Assembly (NCBI RefSeq): GCF_018977255.1
Contig: NW_024704742.1
Coordinates: forward strand, 75,270,001-75,334,000
Length of the DNA stretch: 64,000 bases
Direction of reading: 5' to 3'
Origin: Callorhinchus milii
Taxonomy: Eukaryota
Part shown: positions 38,226 to 48,622 of the stretch, in pieces
Layout of the letters: each line of letters starts with the position of its first letter
Position numbering within the stretch: position 1 is the stretch's first letter
The notes under the pieces: generated by a model
Told to the model about the DNA's origin: nothing
The model's database searches: none
Seen by the model: the letters and a program-made list of their open reading frames with translations, nothing else
Program-made: the position numbers and the translations under genes

Positions 38226-39766
38226 CTCACCAGGTAAGAATGATGCATTTATGTTATTGCCAGCGTGAAACATATACTTGTAATTACTTTAATAACAGTC
38301 ACGTTGCTCACATGCAAACCTACACACCTGTGAACAGACACTCTCCCTTCATAGTGCTACAGCATATGCACACACACACATGCTCCCTCCACACCACTGA
38401 CACACGTGTGCACATTCTACCTCCATAGTACACTCACGCATGCAAACTCTCCCTCCACAGCGATCACACACGCACACTCCCTCCACAATGCTGCCACACG
38501 TGCTCATGTGCACAATGTTCCTCCAACTTTCATGCCCAAACACTCTCCCTTCATAGTGTGTCAGCCTGGCTCAATGACTTTGGCCTCAGTCAGATGTTTG
38601 TGGGTTCAAATCCCATACTTTGTTATACTTTGTTATATAATTTATATTATTGTTATATAATTTATAATGCTACATAATTTAAGCTGACATTCCAATACAG
38701 CTGTGGGAGGAGGATTGTTGCATTATCAGAGGTGCCACCCTTCGGATAAAATGTTGAACCGAGGTCTCTTCTGCCTATTCAGGCAGATATTAATCCCATG
38801 GCAAAAGAGAAAGGCAGTTTCTCCTCGTGTTCTGGTCAACAATCCCTCAAAATGAAATTGGTCACTCACTCCATGGCTGTTTGTGGGATATTGCCTTGTG
38901 TAAACTGGCTGCTACATTTCCCCCCAAAATGCAGTCAATTCATTTTACGGTAGAGCTTTGAAGATAATAATAACAATCCTTTCTGTAACAAAAACTGGGT
39001 GGCCCATTTGAGGGGAATAAACACCAGCGCAGGCCTGAAAGGCCAAATGTTTCGTTTCCATTTTACACTACATTTGAGGGCCTCTGGAGAGCACTCTGCA
39101 GAAAGAGAATGTGTTTGCACCAGTGCACTGTGGAAGGAGTGAGTGTGCACAAGAACCCAAGCACTTACAAGGAGGTTGTTTAGAGAAGAAGGGTCCTTGT
39201 GAAGTTATCTGGCTGTCATTGATTATTTTGATGAATAATCTTTCATTGATTCTAGCAGTTTTCCATTTATAATGGAGCCCTGTTATAAGGCATTGGTGCT
39301 CGGAGACTCTGCCCCGCGTGATACAAATGCAAGTTGTTGTTGGGAGTCCATAGCATCCTAAACTTGCATTTTCACATACATTGCACACACAATTGGCCGA
39401 CTTGCCTTCCGTCATTTCCTGTGCACAATGTATGTGTAGGAAGTTATGTCGTTTTAAAGAATGTCAACCGTCACCTGACAACCAGGAATTTGCATTTTGG
39501 GAGGCCAGGAGCTGAGTTTTGCATCCAGTGAATAGCGTCCATATTCTAGTTAGGCTAGAGGTAAAGCTGAATTATAACAAAGTATGCTGGAACTGGATTC
39601 TACTGAATTGAAGTTAAGCTAATTGGTCTGTGGTTATCAGATATAATTCATCTTTCTTGAATACAAGACCCGTATTTCCTTCCTAACAGTATGTTGGAAA
39701 CTCACCATGTTCTCATTGAATTACAGTTGAAAAAAATCAATATTCTAGTAATTTTTTCAATCTGTT

Positions 39767-39772
39767 TTTATT
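39767..39772 (-). terminator. Candidate EXOSC3 polyadenylation signal (AATAAA)
   Basis: TTTATT on the + strand, ~100 nt downstream of the stop codon. Confidence 0.5.
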
Positions 39773-39869
39773 TATCAAAATTCCATCTCACTCAAGAGGT
39801 CAAAAGGTCAAAATACAGCAATCTATTGACTGCCTTCAACATTGACGTTTAACATACAGTTCAATTAAT

Positions 39870-40077
39870 TCATGAAACATTTTCCGACAATTTGTTGAAG
39901 ACTTGTTTCCTTTGCTCATTGGTCATATTCTTACAACTTTCCAATACATTAGCTACAAGTAATGTATGTTGAATTGTTTTGGCTTTTACCCATATCCTCC
40001 CATTCATGCCAATGACTATTTCAAAAGGGTATAGCTTTCCTAGGTCCTTGATGACATCACAGTTTGGAGAAAGTAAC
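39870..40077 (-). CDS. EXOSC3: EXOSC3 terminal coding exon 4 (KH domain)
   Basis: Follows a 93-bp intron; cctag|G TTA. Translates [68 protein letters not shown] (GMNGRIW motif). Total CDS is 690 bp. Confidence 0.96.
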
Positions 40078-40170
40078 CTAGGAATATAATAAAAATAATA
40101 ATTTATAAGTCATAATAAAAAATTGTTGGACGACAGTAGATAAGAGTTTTGACACAGTAAATTCACCTAC

Positions 40171-40322
40171 TTGCGTGCATTACCCAGCAAAACTTTAAAT
40201 AATAATCCATCTGGTCCAATCACACCCATCCCATTGGATCGTCCACAGCTATCAATGCAAACCAATTCTGGCTCCATGTCTTTGTTGGCCACAACAAATT
40301 GTGCAAAAATGAGATCTCCAAC
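40171..40322 (-). CDS. EXOSC3: EXOSC3 coding exon 3
   Basis: taacag|GTT...CGCAA|gtaggt, 152 bp. Translates [51 protein letters not shown]. Confidence 0.96.
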
Positions 40323-40479
40323 CTGTTACAATCAAACAGAGAACAAGAAACCAGTTTGAACTTAATATATACTCTTTCATCAATTAAGGACTGAGGAGTA
40401 GATCCATCACTTTCACAACAGTAATACTTTGAATGTTTCTTGTTGAGATAGTTACTGTATAGATATATATTTTTAAAAA

Positions 40480-41010
40480 ATGAAATGAGAGAAAGATAGA
40501 GAGAGGGGAGTGGGAGAGAAAGAGAAGAGGGGGGATCGGAGGGGGAGAGAGAGAAGAGGATGTGGGAGAAAGAGAGAGGTGGGTGGGGAAAAAGAGAAGG
40601 GGTGGGGAGAAAGAGAGCGGGGTGGGGAGAAAGAGAGACAGGGTCACGGAGAAAAAGAGAGGGGGTACGGAGAAAGCGAAAAAGAGAGAAAGAGAGGAGT
40701 GGGACAGGGGGGTAGAAAGAGAGGGCACTTAGAAAGAGAGGGGGGGAGAGAGAGTGGGGGAGGGAGAGATTGAGAGGGAGAGAAAGCGAGAGAGGGGGGA
40801 GGAAGAAAACGAGGGCAGGGAGACAGAGAGGGGGCAGGGTGGAGAAAAATGGGGGGGGGGGGGCAGAGAGAAAGAGAGAACACTTAGCAAGGGGGCGAGA
40901 GAAGGGGGTGGGAGAACAAGAGTGAGGGGGGGGGCACGGAAGAGCAGGAGAACGGAGGCGGAGCAGGAGAGGCCAGAAGAAGGGCTGGAAAGGGAGAAAG
41001 CATAGCGAGA
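40480..41010. repeat. Polypurine GA-rich tract in EXOSC3 intron 2
   Basis: G/A-dominated low complexity. Confidence 0.9.
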
Positions 41011-41206
41011 AAGGGCACAGCACCTGCAACGAATCATCAAGCAGCATACGCACATTCAAATATGAAAATAGCAAACTGTTTTAGTGAAAAAGCGTGAACT
41101 TGTAAGGCTGCAATTTCAATTTATTAACCTCAGAATTCTGCAAACAAAGTCTTTGTCTTATACATAATCTCTGAGAACTTATTGGTAGAAAACAGATGTT
41201 CCTTAC

Positions 41207-41356
41207 TTGAACATTTGGTCGGTTTCGTTTGGTGGCTCCTTCAAATGCTAAATATGACAACGATGCCTGCTCACTTCCTCCAACATCAACTTTGAATACA
41301 TCCACAGACTTTGTAGTAACAATTCCTATCACGTATTCTCCTTTAGCTGGAACATA
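41207..41356 (-). CDS. EXOSC3: EXOSC3 coding exon 2 (S1 domain)
   Basis: ttgtag|TAT...CAA|gtaagg, 150 bp. Translates [50 protein letters not shown]. Confidence 0.96.
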
Positions 41357-41435
41357 CTACAAAAGAATATTTGACAAGTAAGACAAATGTGTCTAAAAAT
41401 TAATTTTCAGCAGTTAACTATTCAACTATTAATTG

Positions 41436-42085
41436 AACAACAACACCAAAATTACATTTGTAAAGCTCCTTTCACGTCGGGAGGACGTCCCAAGGTGCTG
41501 GACAGACAGAGTACCGGACCCAAGCTGGAGGTGGGGTTGGGGAGGGGGCGGAGGGCAGGGGCGGGGAAGCAGGGAGATCGAAAGCACAGTCGAAGAGGTT
41601 ATGAGATGGGTCTTGAAGGTGGCAAGGGAGGGGACGAGGCAGAGGGACTGCAGGATGGAGTTCCAGAGCGTGGGGGCAGAGTGGTAGAAGGCCTGCCCGC
41701 TAATAGTGGGATGAGCGAGGCGGGGGACGTGAAGCAGGCCGGAGAGCAAGATCGGGGAGGGCTTTGAAGGTGAGAACCAGGATCCTTGAACTGTATCCTC
41801 TGTGTGATGGGAAGCCAGTGGAGTTGGGTGAGGATGGGGGAGATAGGGTCGCAGAGCCTTGTGTGGGAGAGGATATAGACTACAGAGTTCTGGATGATCT
41901 CAGCCTGTGAAGGGAGGAGTTGGTGACAAGCAGTTGCAATGAGTTTGCAGAGTCGAGCCTCGATGTAATGAAAGCGTGTATGAGGGTGTCGGTGGCCGGC
42001 GGTGTCAGACAGTGGCGGAGTCGGGCGACGTTGCGGAGGTGGGGGAAGGCAGAGCGGGTCATGGCGCAGATGTGGGGTAGAAAGG
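41436..42085 (-). mobile_element. L2 LINE 3' fragment in EXOSC3 intron 1
   Basis: L2 tail and [13 protein letters not shown] remnant. Confidence 0.85.
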
Positions 42086-42246
42086 TATGTCAGGACCGAG
42101 GCGGCTGTGCTGTCACTGGTGACTGACAGCTCGGAGCCCTCCCCCTCAGGATGCAGTCAGTGTCCCCCTCCCTCACTGGTTGACAACCCGGAGCCTCTTG
42201 TGAGGCCCTCTCTCTCTCTCTTTCTCTCTCTCACTCACTCACTCAC

Positions 42247-42426
42247 CCGCTTCTGCTGTGAGTCCACCCAGTAGATGTTGGGCTCCTTGTGCCGCAGTTC
42301 CCCGCACTTACACACCAGCACACTGTCCCCCTCCCGCCTCAGGCCGGGGCCGCACGTCACCAGCTCCCGCTGCTCACACAGCAGCACATCCCCGGCCAAC
42401 ACCACGCCACCCGCCGCCCCGCGCAT
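42247..42426 (-). CDS. EXOSC3: Exosome component 3 (Rrp40), coding exon 1
   Basis: [16 protein letters not shown]...[38 protein letters not shown]|gtgagt. The start is uncertain because in-frame ATGs also occur at 42456 and 42579 inside the tandem repeat. Confidence 0.88.
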
Positions 42427-42428
42427 CC

Positions 42429-43125
42429 CCCCGCCTGACCCCGCCCCGCCGCGCATGCTCACTCCGCCTCCCCGCCTGACACCGCCCCGCCGCGCATGCT
42501 CACTCCGCCTCCCCCGCCTGACCCCGCCCCGCCGCGCATGCTCACTCCCCGCCCCGCCTGACCCCGCCCCGCCGCGCATGCTCACCCGCCCCCCCTCTCC
42601 CGCCTGACCCCGCCCCGCCGCGCATGCTCACCCCGCCCCCCTCTCCCGCCTGACCCCGCCCCGCCGCGCATGCTCACTCCGCCTCCCCGCCTGACCCCGC
42701 CCCGCCGCGCATGCTCACTCCCCGCCCCGCCTGACCCCGCACATGCTCACCCCCCCCCCCCCCCCCCCCCCCCCCCGCCTGACCCCGCACATGCTCACTC
42801 CCCCCCCCCCCCCCCGCCTGACCCCGCACATGCTCACCCCCCCCCACCTGACCCCGCACATGCTCACCCCCCCCGCCTGACCCCACACATGCTCACCCCC
42901 CCCCGCCTGACCCCGCACATGCTCACCCCCACCCCGCCTGACCCCGCACATGCTCACCCCCCCCGCCTGACCCCGCACATGCTCACCCCGCCTGACCCCG
43001 CCCCGCCGCACATGCTCACCCCCCCCGCCTGACCCCGCACATGCTCACCCCCCCGCCTGACCCCGCACATGCTCACCCCCCCCCGTCTGACCCCGCACAT
43101 GCTCACCCCGACTGACCGCCGCACA
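42429..43125. repeat. GC-rich minisatellite (~20 units of ~23-48 bp, core CCGCCTGACCCCGC[CCCGCCGCG/A]CATGCTCAC(C)n) over the EXOSC3 5' end
   Basis: Visible tandem units with variable poly-C spacers. The first ~7 units carry GCGCATGCTCA; later units mostly carry GCACATGCTCA. Confidence 0.95.
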
Positions 43126-44091
43126 TATATCCACTGAGGTATTGTGCCTCTTACGGTTTCTGGGCCGAATCCTGGATTTTATCAGGAATGTATATTCCGG
43201 ATCCATGTGGGGGTCAACAGTGAGTCCATCCTTCCTATGGGGGGCAAGTGGGGTCTCCTGGGAGCTGAACCGACCTCAAGGTCACACGCAAGCTATGTCG
43301 TTTTAGCTGGTTAGACTCCAGCAGTTACCCCAACACACACTCTGGGGTCCCCCAGGCCTTGGCTATTGCCAACCTGCGCCTAATACGGTCTGAAATTAGG
43401 TAATCAGGATGCGACCTCCAGGGAGAGAATCCGCATTCCAACAATCTATCTCCGATTCCCACGTGTGGGTGGGATGTATGGAAATCTCAGTTTGGTTTGG
43501 ATACTCTTATGCATGTTAATGGGTTTCCACAGGAGTCAGACATCTGACTGACTAAAAAAAAGGCTGATTCCCAGACGTGGTCTGTCAAAATTTAGCATCT
43601 AATTTCAGTTTATCATTCCTCTTTACAATAACGTAACAGTAACTGGGGGACTGTGGGGAACTGGGCACCCATTACTTCCTCTAACCACCAAACTTGCTGT
43701 AAATGTCAAAGATTCTCGAAAGCATTTCACAAATAATTGCGGTGAACTGAATCGGTAGCAGCCAATTTGCAATAATATCCCTCAAACGTATCGTTGCACA
43801 GGACAAACACTTACAAATGCATCAAGTTTTCTTTTACATAAAATGATACAGCATGAAAACAGGCCGTTTGGCCCAGCTACATTTATATACTCCACGAGAG
43901 CCCGTACTATTACCCCCATAATCCCTTATTCCATCATGTATGTATGCATCTGTAAGAGCATGGGTCACACTTGCTGGGGGGTTCACTGCTCGTCGGGCTG
44001 CCCTTAGGGAATCCAGAACCGCAGCCACCAGGTGCAGATGACAATCCCAGGTTGAGCTATAGATCAATGTCATCTAAATATGCTGCGGCAT

Positions 44092-45740
44092 ATAATAATA
44101 ATATAATAATAATCCTTGCATTTGATATAGCGGTTTTCACATCTTCTCGACGTCTCAGAGCGCTTCACAGAATATACTGTAAAGTGAATTGACTGTATAT
44201 TTGTGGACAAAATGCGGCAGCCAAATTGCGCACAGCAGTGTCCCACAAACAGTCTTGGATTGAAGTGACCAATTTATTATTGTTTTTTTCTTGAGGGATT
44301 ATTATTAGGCACGTGGAGTAGGGAAACTTGCACGTGGTTTCGCCTGCTGGGAATCAAACCCAGGTACAGGTGATTTTTAATTTGTTTATTATAATGATAT
44401 AATAATCCTTGCATTTGATATCGCATCTTATCAAGTCTTTGAGATGTCTCAAAGCACTTCACAGAATATACTTTAAAGTGAAATAAAAACAGAAGTTGCT
44501 GGGAACACGCAGCAGGTCAGGCAGCATCTATGGAGAGAGGAAAACAAATTAACGTTTCAGGTCTTCCCTTTCGTGAGTTCTCACGAAAGGTCATAGACCT
44601 GAAATGTTAACTCATTTTCCTCTCCATAGATGCTGCCTGACCTGCTGTGTATTCCCAGCGATTTATGTTTTTATTTCAGATTTCCAATATCTGCAGAATT
44701 TTGCTTTTTGTATACTGTAAAGTGAATGGACTGTATATTTGTGGGCGAAACCCGGCAGCCAACTGCGCACAGCAGTGTCCCACAAACAGTGGTGGATTGG
44801 GTAAACAAATTATTAGTTTTTAAATTTATTTTTGTTTTGAAGGGATTATTATTTTGCTATGCCTGGAAATCAAGTGCTCTAACCACTAAGATGCAGGACT
44901 CCTATTTATAATAATAATAATAAACCTTGCATTTGATATAGCACTTTTCATGTCTTCTAGACTTCTCAAAGCGCTTCACAGAATAGACTAAAGTGAATTG
45001 ACTGTACATTTGTGAGTGAAAATGCGGCAGCCAATTGCGCACAGCAGTGTCCCACAAATAGTCATGGTTAGAAGTGACCAATTTATTATTGTTTTATTTT
45101 CTTGAGGGAATATTATCAAGCGTGTGAAGTTAGAAAACTTGCCCAAGGTTTCACCCTACCGGGAATCGAACCAGGTTTCTCGCTTGCAAAGCGAGTACCC
45201 TAATCACTGAACTACAGGATTCCACGGACTCCAGGACTCGGACGTATTTATAATAAATAATATCAAATAATATCATATATCAAATGCAAGGATTATTATG
45301 TATATACTAATCTTGCAAGTGAGACACCTGGGTTCAATTCCAGGCACAGGGCGAAACCTTGGGCAAGTTTCCTTACTCCACACGATTAATAATAATCCCT
45401 CCAAAAAACAAAACAATAATAAATTGGTCTTTTTCAATCCATAGCTGTTTGTGGGACATTGCTGATCGCAATTGACTGCCATGTTTTGCCCACAAATATA
45501 CAGTCAATTCACTTTACAGTCTATTCTGTGAAGCGCTTTGAGACGTCGAGAAGACGTGAAAAGTGCTATATCAAATGCAAGGATTATTATATATATAATG
45601 CAGTATACCACATTCACCCACAAATACACAGCCACAACATTTATTTTAATTGCATTATTTACAATATATCCTGTGAAGCGCTTTGAGACGTCTCAACGAC
45701 ATGATTAAACGTTACATCAAATGCAAGGATTATTATTTAT
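44092..45740. mobile_element. Pile-up of ~6 tRNA-headed SINE copies or fragments between EXOSC3 and PIGG
   Basis: Repeated ataatccttgcatttgatat tails at ~44110, 44403 and 44925 (-), and ~45280, 45570 and 45720 (+). Confidence 0.85.
44483..44710. mobile_element. Fold-back Penelope-like element with 16-bp TSD, inserted in a SINE
   Basis: ~95-bp imperfect inverted arms around 44578. TSD TATACT(T/G)TAAAGTGAA at 44467-44482 and 44711-44726. Confidence 0.75.
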
Positions 45741-45749
45741 TTTTAAATT

Positions 45750-46260
45750 AGGTACCCGCCCAAAAGCGTTTTTCACGCCCAGTAACCGCCAATAAAACCG
45801 CCCAATTGGTCGCGTGAACCCGCCCAACCGGACGACATTGCTGCAATGTAACGGCACCTGCGGTTGGCTGTTGTGCGCAATCACGCCGCGATGCAATGTA
45901 ACAGGGGCTCTGATTGGCGGGTGCCCCTCTGGCTGGGCTGGCCGGGCGAGCGCGGTGCGATCAGTGCGCAGGCGCGGAGGAGCCGCGGTGCCGCCATGAG
46001 GCTCCGCTCCTCGCTGTTCGCCTGCTGCTGCCTCCTGCTCCTCGGGCTCGGCCTCGCCCTCTTCCTGCGAGGATTTTTCCCGGTCCCCGTGAAATCGTCC
46101 GGGTCGGCAAAGGCCAAGGTGTCGGAGGTCCCCGGGGAGCCGGCAGGAGGTAATGGTCAGGGTGTGGCGGGGCCTGCGGCGTGCGTCAGTCCCACCGACT
46201 GCACTTCCTGTCTCTCCTCAGTGGGGAGGGAAGCCCCGGGGAGGATGGCCTCTGCTCTGC
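45750..46260 (+). promoter_or_regulatory. PIGG CpG-island promoter and first-exon region
   Basis: CpG-dense. Contains several CCAAT/ATTGG boxes, GC-box/E2F-like CGCCC and TTGGCGGG, an NRF1-like TGCGCAGGCGC at ~45965, and a strong Kozak context GCCGCCATG. Confidence 0.75.
45996..46149 (+). CDS. PIGG: GPI ethanolamine phosphate transferase 2, coding exon 1
   Basis: MRLRSSLFACCCLLLLGLGLALFLRGFFPVPVKSS...EPAG G|gtaatg, 154 bp. The N-terminal TM segment followed by FLRGFFP is typical of PIGG. Confidence 0.93.
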
Positions 46261-47705
46261 TCTGCTCTCGGGCAGCAACACTCTCGTCTCTCCGGATCTG
46301 AGGGCTGTGGATTGAAGCCCCACCTCAGGACTTGGGATCACATGGTCGTGTTGACACTCACATCGCAGGGCCGGTGTCTTGTCGGAGGCGCTGCCCTTCG
46401 GGTGAGACGTTAACCCCGGGTCTCCCCTCAGGTGGATGTTAAAACTATCCCATGGCACTGTTCGCAAAGGAAGGCCAGGTTTCCTCCCGCTACCTTGGCC
46501 CACAAACACCACCCCCCCCCAAATAAAATGGGTCACCCACTCCGCGGCTATTCACGGGACACTCCTGTTGCGTGTTTGGCTGCCCAGTTCGCCCACAAGA
46601 CACGCAGTCGATCCACTTCGCAGTATATCCTGTGGAGCAGTGTGAGATGTCGTGACAACATGATGAGTCGCCATATCAGTCAGCGACACTTGTCTCCGGG
46701 GCAGAAGACACTGGCATTGAGCCCCACATCGGGACATTGAGCTCATCGTCTTGACTCGCCCTCCGATGCAGTGCTGCGGGAGGGGCTGCATTGTCAGAGT
46801 TGCCGTCTTCGGGATGAGACGTTCAACTGAGATCCTGTCAGCTTCATTAAGTGGATGTTAAAGATCCCGTGACACAATTTGAAAAGAGAAAGGAGTTTCT
46901 CCCAGTGTCCTAGCAAACAATCACCCAAATAAAATTGCTCATTTACTTGATGGCTGTTTGAAGCACATCGTTATGCACACATTGGCTGCAGCATTCCCCT
47001 GCAAATACACCGTCACTACACTTTACAGTGTTACGTGCACTTTACTGTGAAATACTTTGAGATGTTTGAACCATCTGAAAGAAGTTGCTATATCAAATGT
47101 AAGGGTTATTATTATCTAATTTATACTCAGGAGGCAGCTTTACCCTCAAAATAACAATTGAAACCTCTGTTGGTAACACAGTCACTGGCAGCGAACTGCC
47201 AGTAACTTGCCAACAGAGGCTGAGATGGTCAGAGAATGTCTGACACCCTTATTGCCCCTGTACCAGACTGGGATGTACAGTATTTATAACCACAGCTCTA
47301 GAATGTTTCCAGAGTGCTAAGCTCATAAACCTTTACATCAGGCAAAGCACTCATTAAAAGCAACATTGATTATGAGAATCTTCTCGAGATAGGTTATGAT
47401 CTGATGCCTTTTTTTAATGGTATGTTCATACAACAAAGACGTTTGAACAAGTAATTCTGTAATTTACCTGCTAAGAATGTTGTTGAATGCACCATGTTTA
47501 AAAAATGTATTGTATTAAATCAATTGGCAGAACGTACAAAATATTATACTAGAATAATAATTGCATTTGATAAAGGGCCTTTCACGTCTCAAGGACATCT
47601 CAAAATGCTTCACAGGATTTACTGTAATAAATGTTACTGGAGACTAAGCTCATTGTCATTCATATCCTATGGGTAGTACAGGTTAGTAAGGGAGAACTGT
47701 AAGAG

Positions 47706-48447
47706 CAATGAAGTATTTCAAAGTTGTAATACAATCTCACTGTAATACAATGGCCACTGTTATAAAACACTTGAATATAGTTTAAACAGTGACAGCAGCA
47801 ATCACAGTTTTACTCTGAACCAGGCATTATTAGCACTTGAATATCAGACTTTTTGTTAGAGAGATTACTGTTGTATCAATCACATCCTAGCAACTTCTCC
47901 CAACATCTTTTTTAGAATTCATTAAAAATTTCATCAATTACAAATTGTGCTTAATACAGGAGTATGGCTTATAGCATGGATTTATTTTATTGTATCCCTA
48001 TGAGGATTATTACTGTGAGAATTATTAGTTAAGTATTTATTTTTGAAAAAAGTAAAAATAATAACTAGGTCACTCAATTCATGACTATTTTTGGGACACT
48101 GCTGTGTGCAATTGGCTGCCCACAAAATATACAGTCAATTCACTTTACAGTGTGTTCTCTGAAGCGCTTTGAAACATCTGGAAGACATGATAAGGCACGA
48201 TATTAAATGTAAGGATAATTATTATAAGGAAGTCGGCTTTAATTTTTTTCAACAAATGATCTATCTTTTTTCCCCCTATTCAGATATTAATTTTTCATTT
48301 GCAGACTGGGGTTGATATTGCGGCCATCTACGAGAATGGACACATAAGAGTAACTGCATTATTGGACAGTTCAAATGTAATCCTAAACCAGAACAGTGGC
48401 CATTGTATTACAGTGAGATTGTATTACAACTTTGAAATACTTCATTG
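47706..48447. repeat. Perfect 56-bp inverted repeat pair (47706-47761 / 48392-48447)
   Basis: CAATGAAGTATTTCAAAGTTGTAATACAATCTCACTGTAATACAATGGCCACTGTT and its exact reverse complement. Confidence 0.92.
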
Positions 48448-48622
48448 TATCAGTTTCTACATGAAAGGTGGCTGTTAGGTAATGTGCAAAGATTTATAAA
48501 GAATATACAGCACAAAAATAGGCCACTTGGCCCAATGAGTCCGTGCTGGTGTTTATACTCCACGCGAGTCTTCAGCTATTCCTTACTCCCTCCCATAATT
48601 ATATTCCCCTCTCTTTCATATG

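Noticed and set aside
40220..41074. 284-aa ORF on the - strand
   Set aside because: Low-complexity tract inside EXOSC3 intron 2; it overlaps exon 3 in the wrong frame.
42429..43125. CRISPR-like appearance and Pro/His-rich ORFs
   Set aside because: No unique spacers and a eukaryotic context; it is a minisatellite and the + strand ORFs are repeat translations.
45864..46301. Longer 145-aa ORF as the PIGG N-terminus
   Set aside because: It starts at a non-ATG codon and reads through the donor at 46150; the Kozak ATG at 45996 gives the conserved N-terminus.
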